Origin: Planctomycetia bacterium
GTDB taxonomy: Bacteria; Planctomycetota; Planctomycetia; Gemmatales; HRBIN36
DNA length: 64,000 nucleotides
Assembly (NCBI GenBank): GCA_016795155.1
Contig: JAEUIE010000054.1
Coordinates: 1,755 to 65,754 of the forward strand
Direction: 5' to 3'
Shown: piece after piece, positions 63,759 through 64,000 of the stretch
Layout: each line of letters starts with the position of its first letter
Position numbering within the stretch: position 1 is the stretch's first letter
Position numbers and translations under genes: made by a program
Notes under the pieces: generated by a model
Seen by the model: only the letters and a program-made list of their open reading frames with translations
Database searches by the model: none
What the model was told of the DNA's origin: nothing

Positions 63759-64000
63759 ATGAGCGACAATGCCTCTGCCGTTAAGGCACCTCCCCTTCGT
63801 ACGCTGACACCGGAAGCCAGCAATGTGCTCGGGTTCTGGTGGCTGGCCATTGTGACTGCTGTCGTGCTGATGGTCACCATGTGGCCCAGCATTTTCACCG
63901 ACTCGTCTTCGACTTTTCCTAATTATGTGCTCGTCATCTTCAGTCTGGTACTGATTGGTCTGGGCCTCTGGTGTACGATTGGATTTCTCCGGGCACAACC
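63759..64000 (+). CDS. Hypothetical membrane protein, 3'-truncated by the window edge
   Basis: From the ATG at 63759 the sequence reads MSDNASAVKAPPLRTL...GFWWLAIVTAVVLMVTMW...YVLVIFSLVLIGLGLWCTIGF, with two clear TM helices. The frame is open to the window end. It is preferred over the antisense 63645..63998 ORF. Confidence 0.5.
   Translation, partial: MSDNASAVKAPPLRTLTPEASNVLGFWWLAIVTAVVLMVTMWPSIFTDSSSTFPNYVLVIFSLVLIGLGLWCTIGFLRAQ

Noticed and set aside
63645-63998. A 117-aa minus-strand ORF at the window end.
   Set aside because: Its translation is charged and low-complexity with no motif. The opposite strand encodes a protein with two clean TM helices starting at an ATG (63759), which I prefer.

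Overview
This is a chromosomal segment that looks planctomycete (Gemmataceae-like). That assignment is an inference from gene content: a DUF1559 protein with a prepilin-type N-terminus, an N-terminal [13 protein letters not shown] leader, a Ser/Thr kinase with TPR repeats, and several ECF sigma factors. Housekeeping genes (dnaB, mfd, aldehyde dehydrogenase, cytidine deaminase, sixA, carbonic anhydrase, an S46 peptidase, a hybrid histidine kinase) are interrupted by accessory blocks. (1) At 25.6-30.8 kb there is an intact-looking phage head-morphogenesis operon: portal, S78-like prohead protease, HK97-type capsid, three small proteins and a terminator. It has no terminase, tail, lysis or integrase genes in view. 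A HigBA-like pair lies on one side and a ParD plus frameshifted ParE pair on the other. A 10-bp-phased TGAGAC array lies upstream. (2) At 42.1-49.3 kb there is an islet with a solitary MmeI-like Type IIG restriction-modification gene bracketed by about 100-bp inverted copies of a hairpin-rich repeat. It is followed by two unrelated toxin-antitoxin cassettes. Each cassette is bounded on the left by the same 29-nt box and on the right by the same 140-bp 5' segment of an AAC(6')-I-like acetyltransferase gene. (3) A DUF4143 AAA+ ATPase gene is bracketed by two near-identical 39-bp palindromes. (4) A two-gene unit encodes a CrtC-like protein and a triple-fusion membrane enzyme (ICMT-like, PAP2-like and Lgt-like). 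(5) An ECF sigma factor is fused to a TM helix and periplasmic domains. A dispersed GGGGAGAGGGG/GGGGTGAGGGG repeat occurs four times, once in frame inside mfd. I found no rRNA, tRNA or CRISPR array. All homology calls rest on motif recognition by eye and were not checked against databases.
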